DNA from: a virus
Strand: one strand, 5' to 3'
DNA: 64,000 nt
Virus record (IMG/VR): IMGVR_UViG_3300036945_001058
Shown here: positions 30,680 to 39,412 of the stretch, piece after piece
Layout: each line of letters starts with the position of its first letter
Numbering within the stretch: the first letter of the stretch is position 1
Notes under the pieces: generated by a model
The model's database searches: none
Told to the model about the DNA's origin: nothing
The model's input: the letters and a program-made list of their open reading frames with translations, nothing else
Translations under genes and position numbers: made by a program

Positions 30680-30907
30680 ATGCTTATAGACGAACAAATG
30701 TTATCAAAAATTATTGGAAGTTCTGTTGGTACTTATCCAAATAAAGTTGCTGGATTTCTTGTAAGTAATAAAATACTCGCACCTGCTCCGCAATACACCC
30801 TTGACCAATTGGTAGATGGTGTATTTCTTGGTTTAAATCAAAATCCAACCTTTACTCAAGAATATGGTTCTTGGTTGGAGCAAATTATAACTACATTAAC
30901 CTTTTAA
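30680..30907 (+). CDS. hypothetical helical protein
   Basis: 75 aa ORF with AAATAGAGTT-ATG context. Confidence 0.6.
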   Translation: MLIDEQMLSKIIGSSVGTYPNKVAGFLVSNKILAPAPQYTLDQLVDGVFLGLNQNPTFTQEYGSWLEQIITTLTF

Positions 30908-30918
30908 AAAATAATATT

Positions 30919-31236
30919 ATGGCTACTTGGGGAGATGTGTTAAAAGGTATTATACCGTCTTTAGTAGAGGGTGGAATAGGATTGTATGGAAACAAAAAAG
31001 CAAGTGATATAGCAAAACAACAAGCTAATGATGCAAAAGCTGTAGCTGAATTACAATATCAAACTGCTTTGGCAACCGAAAGAGCTAAAGCGTTAGAAAG
31101 AGCTAAAGCGTTAGAAAGTCAAGGCGGTGGAAAAACAACCGAAAAACCAAAAAGCAATACTGCTCTTTATATTGGATTAGGCGTTGGTGGATTAGTCTTG
31201 ATTGGTGCTGTAGTTTTTGCAGTTACAAGAAAATAA
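30919..31236 (+). CDS. membrane protein with Ala/Gln-rich coil and C-terminal TM
   Basis: Likely start is ATG 30919 (MATWGDVLKG); 18-nt ERAKAL repeat. Confidence 0.7.
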   Translation: MATWGDVLKGIIPSLVEGGIGLYGNKKASDIAKQQANDAKAVAELQYQTALATERAKALERAKALESQGGGKTTEKPKSNTALYIGLGVGGLVLIGAVVFAVTRK

Positions 31237-31254
31237 CATTAAAAAATATTTAGT

Positions 31255-31470
31255 ATGGAAAATTTTTTAGCACAAGCAAAAGACATAGTAAGTAAGGACA
31301 AAAGAGAAATTCTAATGATTACTACTCAAGCATCGGTAAACGGTGCGGTTACAGGACTTGTATTAGGTCTTATGGTTGGTTATTGGAAAAATAAAAATAT
31401 TTATGTTACAGGTCTTATAGGGGCTGTAATAGGAGGTGTTGCTACGAGTATTATTGTAAACAGAAAATAA
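31255..31470 (+). CDS. two-TM membrane protein
   Basis: GAVTGLVLGLMVGYW and TGLIGAVIGGVATSII. Confidence 0.7.
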   Translation: MENFLAQAKDIVSKDKREILMITTQASVNGAVTGLVLGLMVGYWKNKNIYVTGLIGAVIGGVATSIIVNRK

Positions 31471-31471
31471 A

Positions 31472-31582
31472 ATGAAAACACCAAACATTTTAACAGTAGT
31501 AATCGGATTAGCACTATCTTTAGGGGTGGTTTATAGTTATACTTATGTTATCGGGAAGTCTTGGAAAGCAAGTCAAAAATAA
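31472..31582 (+). CDS. small membrane protein (36 aa, not in track)
   Basis: MKTPNILTVVIGLALSLGVVYSYTYVIGKSWKASQK; paralog at 32577. Confidence 0.65.
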   Translation: MKTPNILTVVIGLALSLGVVYSYTYVIGKSWKASQK

Positions 31583-31603
31583 TAACAATTAAAAATAAAA
31601 AAA

Positions 31604-31741
31604 ATGGACAATAAAAAAATTTTAATGATAGGGTTATCGATTGTGGGTGTGTTAGCATTATTTGCTTATTTAAAACCAAAACCTAAAAGGAATTCAGAAG
31701 GGTTTTATGGAGCAAACGGAAAAAAACCAAGTGTTTATTAA
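31604..31741 (+). CDS. small membrane protein (45 aa, not in track), paralog of 16841..16981
   Basis: MDNKKILMIGLSIVGVLALFAYLKPKPKRNSEGFYGANGKKPSVY. Confidence 0.7.
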   Translation: MDNKKILMIGLSIVGVLALFAYLKPKPKRNSEGFYGANGKKPSVY

Positions 31742-31781
31742 AAAAAAAAAGAAAGTATCAATAATTAAAAACAAAAAAAAA

Positions 31782-32114
31782 ATGGAATTACTAAAAGACA
31801 AAAAAGTATTAATAGCATTAGGACTATTAGTTTTAGGTGGCGGATTTCTTTATTTAAGAAGTAAAAAAGCGAAAGAAGATGTTTTATCAACAGGTGCTGT
31901 AGCAGGTACTCCTCCAAAAAACAATTACGCTATAAAAGAAGAAGGAAAAGATGGGGTATGGTTGGTTTCAGACGGTACAAAATATGCATTTTCAAGCATA
32001 GATTCTTATAAAAACTATGGCTCTCCAACTGTTACACATGTTACAAAATCAGAATTAGATTTGATACCAACTATAGGATGGGTAAATTTAAAAGGAGAGC
32101 TTGTGAAAAATTAA
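31782..32114 (+). CDS. anchored surface protein A
   Basis: Likely start is ATG 31782; first 31 aa identical to the next gene. Confidence 0.75.
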   Translation: MELLKDKKVLIALGLLVLGGGFLYLRSKKAKEDVLSTGAVAGTPPKNNYAIKEEGKDGVWLVSDGTKYAFSSIDSYKNYGSPTVTHVTKSELDLIPTIGWVNLKGELVKN

Positions 32115-32132
32115 TAATTAAAAACAAAAAAA

Positions 32133-32558
32133 ATGGAATTACTAAAAGACAAAAAAGTATTAATAGCATTAGGACTATTGGTTTTAGGTGGCGGATTTCT
32201 TTATTTAAGAAGTAAAAAAGCGAAAGAGAATCTTTTTAAGAATTCAACGACGAGTAATAATACAGGCGGTAATTCAACAGCAACTAATGAAACAGGTGAG
32301 GTAGATAAAAACCTTAAGAGTTATACTTGGTCTTATAATAGCGGTGATACTAATTCTATTGCATGTTCTCAAGGCGCAGGACAATCACTTTATAGTAAAA
32401 ATGACACTATGGTAGCTGGAGATACGGTATATACTGATTCAAAAGGTCTTTCTGTTTTTAATGGAAAAAATGCTTATTGGAAAAAATATACTGGAATTGT
32501 AAACCAAACTATGCAAATAAATGATAAAGGAGTGGTTGGTAATGTTTCAAACTGTTAA
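32133..32558 (+). CDS. anchored surface protein B with Cys-closed beta domain
   Basis: Same anchor; AC...GDTVYTD...FNG...Y...I...G.V...C domain. Confidence 0.75.
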   Translation: MELLKDKKVLIALGLLVLGGGFLYLRSKKAKENLFKNSTTSNNTGGNSTATNETGEVDKNLKSYTWSYNSGDTNSIACSQGAGQSLYSKNDTMVAGDTVYTDSKGLSVFNGKNAYWKKYTGIVNQTMQINDKGVVGNVSNC

Positions 32559-32576
32559 TTAGTAAAAATAAAAGAA

Positions 32577-32711
32577 ATGGACATTTTTTATGACGACAAT
32601 AAAAAGCCAAGTACAGTAAGTAATTTGGTTTATATCGGAACGTCAGCGTTAGTTGTGTTCGGATTGGTTTATCTTGTGGGTCGTGCTTGGAAAAAAAGCC
32701 AAACTGCATAG
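32577..32711 (+). CDS. small membrane protein (44 aa, not in track)
   Basis: ...LVYIGTSALVVFGLVYLVGRAWKKSQTA. Confidence 0.65.
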   Translation: MDIFYDDNKKPSTVSNLVYIGTSALVVFGLVYLVGRAWKKSQTA

Positions 32712-32726
32712 GTGTTGAAATTAGTA

Positions 32727-32758
32727 AGGTAGGTTATTTAGATAGCCTACCTATTTTT
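32727..32758 (+). terminator. rho-independent terminator
   Basis: AGGTAGGTTAT-ttag-ATAGCCTACCT then ATTTTT. Confidence 0.65.
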
Positions 32759-32862
32759 AAAAATAAAAAACTATTATAAAAAAAATATCGCTTTTTATGG
32801 TTCTTGTAGATGTAAATAAAATTAATTAATTAGATAAGGCGAACCATAAATAAAATTGGCTT

Positions 32863-33018
32863 ATGGAAACTAAAAAAATCATAGGAATAGTAATGTTAGG
32901 TGCTTCGGTAGGGTTGATTGTTTATCTCTATAAAGGGTATTTAAAACCAAGACTTGAAGTTGATGCTCAAATATTAGCGGGTGCAACTTCTCCAACAACA
33001 ATAACAACAAAAAAATAA
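32863..33018 (+). CDS. small membrane protein (51 aa, not in track)
   Basis: METKKIIGIVMLGASVGLIVYLYKGYL... Confidence 0.6.
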   Translation: METKKIIGIVMLGASVGLIVYLYKGYLKPRLEVDAQILAGATSPTTITTKK

Positions 33019-33023
33019 AAAAT

Positions 33024-33356
33024 ATGGAAACACAAGTAAAAAGTGCAAATCGTTTGTGGCGAGAAAGCGGAACTTCACTAAGTTTTGCTGAATGGATTCA
33101 ACGTGAAAAAGACAAAAGTAATTTTGTAATGAACAAAAAGTTTGAAAATTTTTCAAACGTAGATGGGATTTTAAATAATAACACTTGGATACAAGATAGT
33201 ATTGCTAAAGCAAAAATAGATTTAGGAATAGATGTTCCTAAAGTAAATAAAAAGCCAAATGACACTTTTGTAGGCTTAAATAAAACTTTTATACTGTTTT
33301 CAGTGTTAATCGTTGTGGGAGCAATTGGCTATAAAATTTACAAAAAAAATAATTAG
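33024..33356 (+). CDS. C-terminally anchored protein with FSNVDG motif
   Basis: ENFSNVDG; TM FILFSVLIVVGAIGY. Confidence 0.7.
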   Translation: METQVKSANRLWRESGTSLSFAEWIQREKDKSNFVMNKKFENFSNVDGILNNNTWIQDSIAKAKIDLGIDVPKVNKKPNDTFVGLNKTFILFSVLIVVGAIGYKIYKKNN

Positions 33357-33357
33357 G

Positions 33358-34143
33358 ATGAATTTAAGGTTAGATACAAGATTTGAAGAAATGTGCTTGG
33401 TAGTTAAAGTTGGAGTGACAATGCCTACTAAAGTCAGAATTAAAATTTTTGATGAGCAAAAACCTAAAATTGTTTTTACGGACAGGTATAAAACAGTTAA
33501 CTCTGATTATACTTTTTTTGTACGTATGCCAATTACGTCTAAAAGTGTTATAATTTCAGTATATGACGATATAAAAGGTAACACACCTCAAAGTCAAGAC
33601 AATAATGTAAAAGTAGTTTCGGTTGATAAAACACCGTTAAAAAAGAGAATTGATGTGGTTGATATTCATAATCCAACTATCGCTTATTTTGTAGATTTTG
33701 CACAAAGATTTTGCTTTAATGCGCCTTATTTAGAGGCAAATAAATCTTATCAATCAGACAATGGTGGATTTATGATTGAGTACTTACCAACTATTATAGA
33801 TTCAAAAGGAAAAGAACTTACAACACCCGCTAGAATTTCAAGAATGACAGGGCGTATTCAAGTCTCTAAAAAACAATTTGATGAATACACTATTCCAATG
33901 CGTTTTGCGATTCTTTGCCACGAGTTTAGTCATTTTTACGTCAACGAAGATATGGGGGACGAAAGCGAAGCAGATTTAAACGGACTATTGATTTATTTAG
34001 GTCTTGGTTATCCGAGAATTGAAGCTTGTGAAGCTTTTTTAGAAGTTTTCGAACACTATCCAAGCCAAGAGAACAAAATGCGTTATGATAAGATTAAAAA
34101 CTTTATCGACAACTTTGAGAAAGATAATATTGTATTCAAATAA
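33358..34143 (+). CDS. zincin metalloprotease (HExxH plus downstream ExxAD)
   Basis: Likely start is ATG 33358; FAILCHEFSH...DESEADLNG. Confidence 0.7.
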   Translation: MNLRLDTRFEEMCLVVKVGVTMPTKVRIKIFDEQKPKIVFTDRYKTVNSDYTFFVRMPITSKSVIISVYDDIKGNTPQSQDNNVKVVSVDKTPLKKRIDVVDIHNPTIAYFVDFAQRFCFNAPYLEANKSYQSDNGGFMIEYLPTIIDSKGKELTTPARISRMTGRIQVSKKQFDEYTIPMRFAILCHEFSHFYVNEDMGDESEADLNGLLIYLGLGYPRIEACEAFLEVFEHYPSQENKMRYDKIKNFIDNFEKDNIVFK

Positions 34144-34153
34144 AAATAGAATA

Positions 34154-34714
34154 ATGATGATTACAAAAAAAGCAAGAGCACCTTTAGAATATTTGGAACA
34201 AATAGAAGACTTTGTACCTGTGACTATTCAAACAAGAGGTAATGAATATTATAAACCTGTAGAACGACTTGAGGACGAGCTATTAATACTTGAAACTAAA
34301 TATCCTAAACCAGTAAAACAAGGTGTTTCTATAATTTTACCTGACCACGTGCCTTTAGAAGATTTGGAAAAAATAGAAGACTTTGTGCCTGTGACCATTC
34401 AAACAAGCAGTAATGAATATCCTAAACCTGTAGAACAAGGTGTTTCTATAATTTTACCTGACCCATTGCCTTCGGAAGATTTGGGAAAAATAAAAGACAC
34501 AGCACCTGTGAATATTGAAACAAGCAGTAATGAATATCCTAAACCTGTAGAGCAAAATTCTATAGATATTCCTGTTGAATATTCGAAAAGAGATTTTCAA
34601 ACAAATAGCAATACAATCGTTTCTGTTATCAACAAAAATAAAAATTTACTAATGATAGCAGGTGCTTTTTTAGTAGGATATATTATATTCAGCAATAGTA
34701 AATCGTCTAATTAA
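34154..34714 (+). CDS. repetitive Pro/Glu-rich protein with C-terminal TM
   Basis: About three imperfect units of (E)DFVPVTIQTxxNEYPKPVE; TM LLMIAGAFLVGYIIF. Confidence 0.65.
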   Translation: MMITKKARAPLEYLEQIEDFVPVTIQTRGNEYYKPVERLEDELLILETKYPKPVKQGVSIILPDHVPLEDLEKIEDFVPVTIQTSSNEYPKPVEQGVSIILPDPLPSEDLGKIKDTAPVNIETSSNEYPKPVEQNSIDIPVEYSKRDFQTNSNTIVSVINKNKNLLMIAGAFLVGYIIFSNSKSSN

Positions 34715-34725
34715 AAATAGAAATT

Positions 34726-35448
34726 ATGGCAACTAAACCCATTAATGTAAATAAGGCTTTAACCCTAGTTTATTTCAATAATTTAATTCTTGGAGAATTA
34801 AGAAAAAACGGAATTAAATCTTGGATTGCAGGGGGTGTTTTGAGAGATTATTTTTCAGATAGACCGCTTAAGTCAGATTGTGATATTTTCTTTCCAAGCC
34901 TTTCGGAATTTGAAAAAACTAAAGATTATTTTATTTCCAAAGGAGGTAAAATAATTTGGCAAAGTGAAAATGGTATGAAAGTCACTTACAAAGGAAATAC
35001 TTTTGACTTGATAAAAATATTCACGCCTAATCCAATGGCTACTATTGGTCGGTTTGATTTTACAATTTCAATGTTTGCTACTGATGGTAGCGAGGTTTAT
35101 TATGGTAATAATTCGCTTAAAGACCTACAAGACAGGAAATTGGTAATAAATACGATTGTAAATCCCTTAAGCACACTAAAAAGAGTTTTAAAGCACTACA
35201 AAAAAGGCTTTACTATGTCTGCCGAAGAAACTAAAAAATTATATACTTCTTTAAACAATCTCCCTTATGATAATTCAGATGATTTGCTTAATGCAAATGG
35301 AACGTCAGGGGGTGGAGTTAAAGAAACTGTAATTGTAACAAAAGACGCTCCAATCGTTCCTGTTCCTCTTGACAATACGAAACATATCTTGATTGGGGTT
35401 GTTACTATTTTAGCTGTGTATGTGTTTTATAATGAATTTAGCAAATAA
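34726..35448 (+). CDS. poly(A) polymerase/CCA-type nucleotidyltransferase head domain with C-terminal TM
   Basis: WIAGGVLRD...SDCDIFF, FDLIK, RFDFTISM; LLNANG linker then TM ILIGVVTILAVYVFY. Confidence 0.75.
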   Translation: MATKPINVNKALTLVYFNNLILGELRKNGIKSWIAGGVLRDYFSDRPLKSDCDIFFPSLSEFEKTKDYFISKGGKIIWQSENGMKVTYKGNTFDLIKIFTPNPMATIGRFDFTISMFATDGSEVYYGNNSLKDLQDRKLVINTIVNPLSTLKRVLKHYKKGFTMSAEETKKLYTSLNNLPYDNSDDLLNANGTSGGGVKETVIVTKDAPIVPVPLDNTKHILIGVVTILAVYVFYNEFSK

Positions 35449-35477
35449 CCGATGATTAAAAATAAATTTTAGAAATT

Positions 35478-35819
35478 ATGAATTTAGGCGCAAAACAAAA
35501 AAAGTATTTAATAATTGGTGGTGTATTAGTTTTGGGAATTTTTATAATTAACAAATGGCTACATAGTTTTCCAAAACCTGAAAATCCAGATTTAGATACA
35601 ACAACTTTAGACCTAGAAAAAGTTCTTAAAAACGGGGTGCAAGGCAATGAAGTCGCAGAACTCCAAAGAGTTTTATTAAAAGACTATTCGGCTAACTTAG
35701 GATATACTGGAAGTAATAAAGACGGTGTTGATGGAGATTTCGGAATCTTAACCGAAGTTGCTTTAAAAAAGGCAAAAGGAGTAAAGGAAATAGCATTAAA
35801 AGATTTAAAAAATGGGTAA
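35478..35819 (+). CDS. membrane-anchored peptidoglycan-binding domain protein
   Basis: LKNGVQGNEVAELQRVL...DGDFGILTEVAL (PG_binding_1 pattern). Confidence 0.75.
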   Translation: MNLGAKQKKYLIIGGVLVLGIFIINKWLHSFPKPENPDLDTTTLDLEKVLKNGVQGNEVAELQRVLLKDYSANLGYTGSNKDGVDGDFGILTEVALKKAKGVKEIALKDLKNG

Positions 35820-35973
35820 AGGTTATTATATAGTAGGAGCTGTTTTAGTTGGCGTTGGAGTATTTTTACTTTACAACAAAATTAAAAATGGAAATGTAAA
35901 TTTCAATACAACAAGCGAAAATTTTATACAGGAAGAAGAAGGAAGTCATTTAAGTCCTCCGATGGAAGTTTAA
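35812..35973 (+). CDS. small membrane protein (53 aa, not in track)
   Basis: MGKGYYIVGAVLVGVGVFLLYNKI... Confidence 0.6.
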   Translation: MGKGYYIVGAVLVGVGVFLLYNKIKNGNVNFNTTSENFIQEEEGSHLSPPMEV

Positions 35974-36013
35974 CGACAATTTATCATTAAAAAACGTAAT
36001 AAATAATTTAATT

Positions 36014-36340
36014 ATGCAAAATAAAACAAAAATACAAATCGCTTCTGTAGGTCTAATTTTATTAGGTCTTTATTATTTTTATAAACAAAAAGAACAGAAG
36101 GCAGAGATTACTGAAGAAGATGTTTCTGCTAACCCTCAAATCATAAAAAATGATTATGATAAAGTTTTGAAAAAAGGTTCTACGGGTAGAGAAGTAGAAA
36201 TGCTTCAAAAAGCATTAAAAACATTAGTTGCTGATGGGAATTTTGGTAATTTAACAGAGGCAAGGCTTAAAAAGGTAATGGGAGTAACAGAAACATCAAT
36301 AAATAAGTATAATCAGTTTATTAAAAACAAACAAAAATGA
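36014..36340 (+). CDS. second membrane-anchored peptidoglycan-binding domain protein
   Basis: LKKGSTGREVEMLQKAL...DGNFGNLTEARL. Confidence 0.75.
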   Translation: MQNKTKIQIASVGLILLGLYYFYKQKEQKAEITEEDVSANPQIIKNDYDKVLKKGSTGREVEMLQKALKTLVADGNFGNLTEARLKKVMGVTETSINKYNQFIKNKQK

Positions 36341-36870
36341 TAAATAGAAACGTAATAATAATAGGAAGTCTTGCTTTGTTGGGAGTGGGTGCTTATATCT
36401 ACTTTAAACCGAAAGCAAGTAGTAAGGTAGTAGGAGATACTAATCTTGGCGGTAAAAATACAGAAACTACTAATCCGACAGATAATTCAGGTCAAGGTTC
36501 TTTAGACAATACTATTGTACAAACAAAAGACCCTGTAACCAATGAACCTCTAAAAAATCCGATTGTAAAAACATTGACTAATACAGATATTTTGGCAATT
36601 CAAAAATTAAGAGATGATATATTGAGTGATATGAATAAGATGCCTAATTTAAAAAAACAAAGCTCACGTAACAACGTACAAGCTAATATTAACTTACTGT
36701 TTGGCAGATTACAAACCTATGGATACAGTTTAGACACAAATAATAATTTGATTAAAATCGTAGCAAACGATTCTGGAGAAGATGTTTATAAATATAACGG
36801 AACAAAAAGCTCTGCTGTTCCAAAAATAATTAAAACTATTACACTTCCAATAAGTAGGTTGTTTAGATAG
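36337..36870 (+). CDS. N-terminally anchored membrane protein
   Basis: IIIGSLALLGVGAYIYF. Confidence 0.7.
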   Translation: MINRNVIIIGSLALLGVGAYIYFKPKASSKVVGDTNLGGKNTETTNPTDNSGQGSLDNTIVQTKDPVTNEPLKNPIVKTLTNTDILAIQKLRDDILSDMNKMPNLKKQSSRNNVQANINLLFGRLQTYGYSLDTNNNLIKIVANDSGEDVYKYNGTKSSAVPKIIKTITLPISRLFR

Positions 36871-36894
36871 AAAATTAATAACTAAAATAAAAAT

Positions 36895-37329
36895 ATGGCA
36901 CAGATAAAATGGGATACCGTACCTGATTACGACCAATGGGGAGTTGATTCTTTTTGGAATTGTGAAGATTGGATTAGTTGGCATAAAAAATTAGCAGAGC
37001 ATTTTGGTAAAGAAACCGCTAATGAAATTTGGGATTATGCCTATGCAAAATCAGGAAGCTTGAGTTCTAATCTTGATTGTCGCACATTTAACTCTGTTTT
37101 CAGAGAATATGTAAATAAAAACGGATTGTCTCCGTATGCCAACGCAGGTATATTTGCTCCAGTTTTATCAGGTTACGGAACGGCAAGTGACGTATTAAGT
37201 GGTACTTTATCTGGAGTATCTTCTTTTTTTGAATCAGAAAATGTAAAAAAAATAATAAATATTATTTTAATTGGAGGTTTTATTTTTGGCGGAGTTTATA
37301 TTTATAAATCTGTAAAAAAACAACAGTAA
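36895..37329 (+). CDS. Trp-rich protein with C-terminal TM
   Basis: W-rich N-terminal domain; TM IILIGGFIFGGVYIY. Confidence 0.7.
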   Translation: MAQIKWDTVPDYDQWGVDSFWNCEDWISWHKKLAEHFGKETANEIWDYAYAKSGSLSSNLDCRTFNSVFREYVNKNGLSPYANAGIFAPVLSGYGTASDVLSGTLSGVSSFFESENVKKIINIILIGGFIFGGVYIYKSVKKQQ

Positions 37330-37493
37330 TGAAAGACAATAAATTAGTAATAATAGCAACCACGTCTGTAATAATTGCAGGAATACTCTATTTTGCGATT
37401 AAAAAAGCAAATAAAAAAAATATAGACACTGACCCCAAATTAAAATCAGATTATGATTTGGTAATGAAAAATATTGAAAAGGCAAAAAAGTAA
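37329..37493 (+). CDS. small membrane protein (54 aa, not in track)
   Basis: MKDNKLVIIATTSVIIAGILYFAIKK... Confidence 0.6.
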   Translation: MKDNKLVIIATTSVIIAGILYFAIKKANKKNIDTDPKLKSDYDLVMKNIEKAKK

Positions 37494-37497
37494 AATT

Positions 37498-38064
37498 ATG
37501 AACAGCGATAAAAAAATGTACTTGTATTCAGGATTGGCAATAGTAGGAGCTTTAGTTGCCTATGTTATTATTACAAAGAAAAAACCATCACCTACTGATA
37601 GCGAGGGTACTGGAACTACTGATACCGAAACAACTGTTGCAGTATCTACAACAGGAGAGGTTATTGACCAAAGTCAAGTTATCATACCTGTCGATTTAGC
37701 TAATATTTTAAAGAAAACTTCGGCACAAGCAACTGCTCTTTTAATAAACAAGCCTATTTATTCAAAATTAGATAACGTTAAGGTTAGAATGGATAATTTT
37801 GTAAATAACGGTGTCGTTAATAATATTATGTCAACGATAAATAATAAAGGAACTCTTTTAGGAAACGTTATACAGGTGGTTGACGATAAAGGTAAATTGA
37901 CTAATCCCGAAGGTAAAATTTACAAATGGTTTAAAATTAAACCTTCTCAAGTAGCTTTGGACGATATGAATAAGAATAGAGATTTTCTTACCCGTTTATT
38001 CCTGCCAAGCACTACTGGGGGTGTGTTTTATGTTAGAGAAGATACCGTAAGACTGGATAAATAA
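37498..38064 (+). CDS. N-terminally anchored protein, possible SH3-like C-terminal domain
   Basis: Likely start is ATG 37498; TM then VKVR...WFKI...YVREDTV. Confidence 0.65.
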   Translation: MNSDKKMYLYSGLAIVGALVAYVIITKKKPSPTDSEGTGTTDTETTVAVSTTGEVIDQSQVIIPVDLANILKKTSAQATALLINKPIYSKLDNVKVRMDNFVNNGVVNNIMSTINNKGTLLGNVIQVVDDKGKLTNPEGKIYKWFKIKPSQVALDDMNKNRDFLTRLFLPSTTGGVFYVREDTVRLDK

Positions 38065-38102
38065 TTGTTAGAAAATTAACTATCAAATAAAAACAATCGC
38101 TT

Positions 38103-38249
38103 ATGAAAAGCTATATTGAAGGCGGTACAACCCCTGATTCTAAGATTGTAATAAATAAACCAAAGCCTAATTATACCAAAATTGGTATCATAGGTCTTAT
38201 CGGAGTATATGTAATTTACAAAGTGGTTTTTAATAAAAAAAGTAAATAA
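38103..38249 (+). CDS. small membrane protein starting MKSYIEGG (48 aa, not in track)
   Basis: MKSYIEGGTTPDSKIVINKPKPNYTKIGIIGLIGVYVIYKVVFNKKSK. Confidence 0.6.
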   Translation: MKSYIEGGTTPDSKIVINKPKPNYTKIGIIGLIGVYVIYKVVFNKKSK

Positions 38250-38250
38250 A

Positions 38251-38619
38251 ATGGAAATAAATTCGTCCACAATTTTTCAAAAACAAAGTAAAATTGTTTT
38301 AAAAATAGTTGCAATTGCTACTGTAGTTACAGCTCTAGGTGGGGCTTATTTCTTTTTCATTAATAATATTTGGAAGCCAAAAGTGAAAGTTTTAAGCGTA
38401 GATTTTACAAATGGATTTGCGACTGTTGAAACTAATTTTGGAAAAAAAATCAATATTTATGGAGACTCACAATATTTAATAACTGGCGAATGGGGAATTA
38501 AGTTTGGAACTGTGAACAAAGGGGGTAAATTGTCATACGAAAATTTACAACTGCTAAAACACGGCTTGGTTGATGAATATTTAGACACATCTCAATTCAC
38601 AAATAAAAAAAACAATTAA
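38251..38619 (+). CDS. membrane protein with small beta domain
   Basis: TM IVAIATVVTALGGAYFFFI. Confidence 0.7.
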   Translation: MEINSSTIFQKQSKIVLKIVAIATVVTALGGAYFFFINNIWKPKVKVLSVDFTNGFATVETNFGKKINIYGDSQYLITGEWGIKFGTVNKGGKLSYENLQLLKHGLVDEYLDTSQFTNKKNN

Positions 38620-38621
38620 TT

Positions 38622-38837
38622 ATGAATTATACAGATATAGGCTCTAAAGCAGGCTTAATATACGATGTTGATGAAGATATAAGGTTAGGTAATTTTGCAA
38701 ATAAACTTAACAAGGAAACGAACAAAGCAGACATTGAGGAGTCGAAAAAAAAAGATATAATTAGATATACTATTATTAGTATAGGAGCTATATTGATTTT
38801 AGTAGCTGTACAATTTTTAGTAAAAAAAAGAAAATAG
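38622..38837 (+). CDS. small C-terminally anchored protein
   Basis: TM YTIISIGAILILVAVQFLV. Confidence 0.7.
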   Translation: MNYTDIGSKAGLIYDVDEDIRLGNFANKLNKETNKADIEESKKKDIIRYTIISIGAILILVAVQFLVKKRK

Positions 38838-38841
38838 CAAT

Positions 38842-39405
38842 ATGAAAAAAGTTTTTTTATTTGGAGGAATAGCCCTTGCTGGCTTTGGATTATATAGATA
38901 TTTTAAATATCAAATTGAGTTGGCTTTAAATTATCAATACGCCTTAAAAGATTTTAAAATTTTACCTCAAACAAAAAAAGGAGTAATTAATGTTTCTGCT
39001 GTTTTTAGCATTACTAATAAGTCTTCTTTTGAAGTTTTAGTCAAAGACTACGATTTGCAATTATTTTATAAAGATGTTCCTTTTGCTAATACAAAATCAG
39101 AACAAGCTATTAAGGTTCAGCCTAATTCAACTTTTGAAGTGACAGGTTTCGGAGAAATAGATATTGAAAAATCAAAAATTGCAATTATACCACTTGCTAA
39201 GGATATTTTAGAAAGAAAACCAATTGATGTAGCGGTTTCTGGAAAAATAAACATTGTTTTTCTCGCAGTTCCCACTAGCCTAAGTTTTGACAAGCAAAAA
39301 TTTAATTATTCAGTTGACTTAATTTCGGAATACAATTTAGGAAACGCTTATGAAAAACTCAAAGCTAAATATCCAAAAATATTTCAATTTTTAGGAATTA
39401 AATAG
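38842..39405 (+). CDS. LEA_2/WHy-like domain protein with N-terminal TM
   Basis: VFSITNKSSFEVLVKDYDLQLFYKDVPF...IKVQPNSTFEV. Confidence 0.6.
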   Translation: MKKVFLFGGIALAGFGLYRYFKYQIELALNYQYALKDFKILPQTKKGVINVSAVFSITNKSSFEVLVKDYDLQLFYKDVPFANTKSEQAIKVQPNSTFEVTGFGEIDIEKSKIAIIPLAKDILERKPIDVAVSGKINIVFLAVPTSLSFDKQKFNYSVDLISEYNLGNAYEKLKAKYPKIFQFLGIK

Positions 39406-39412
39406 TAAAAAA

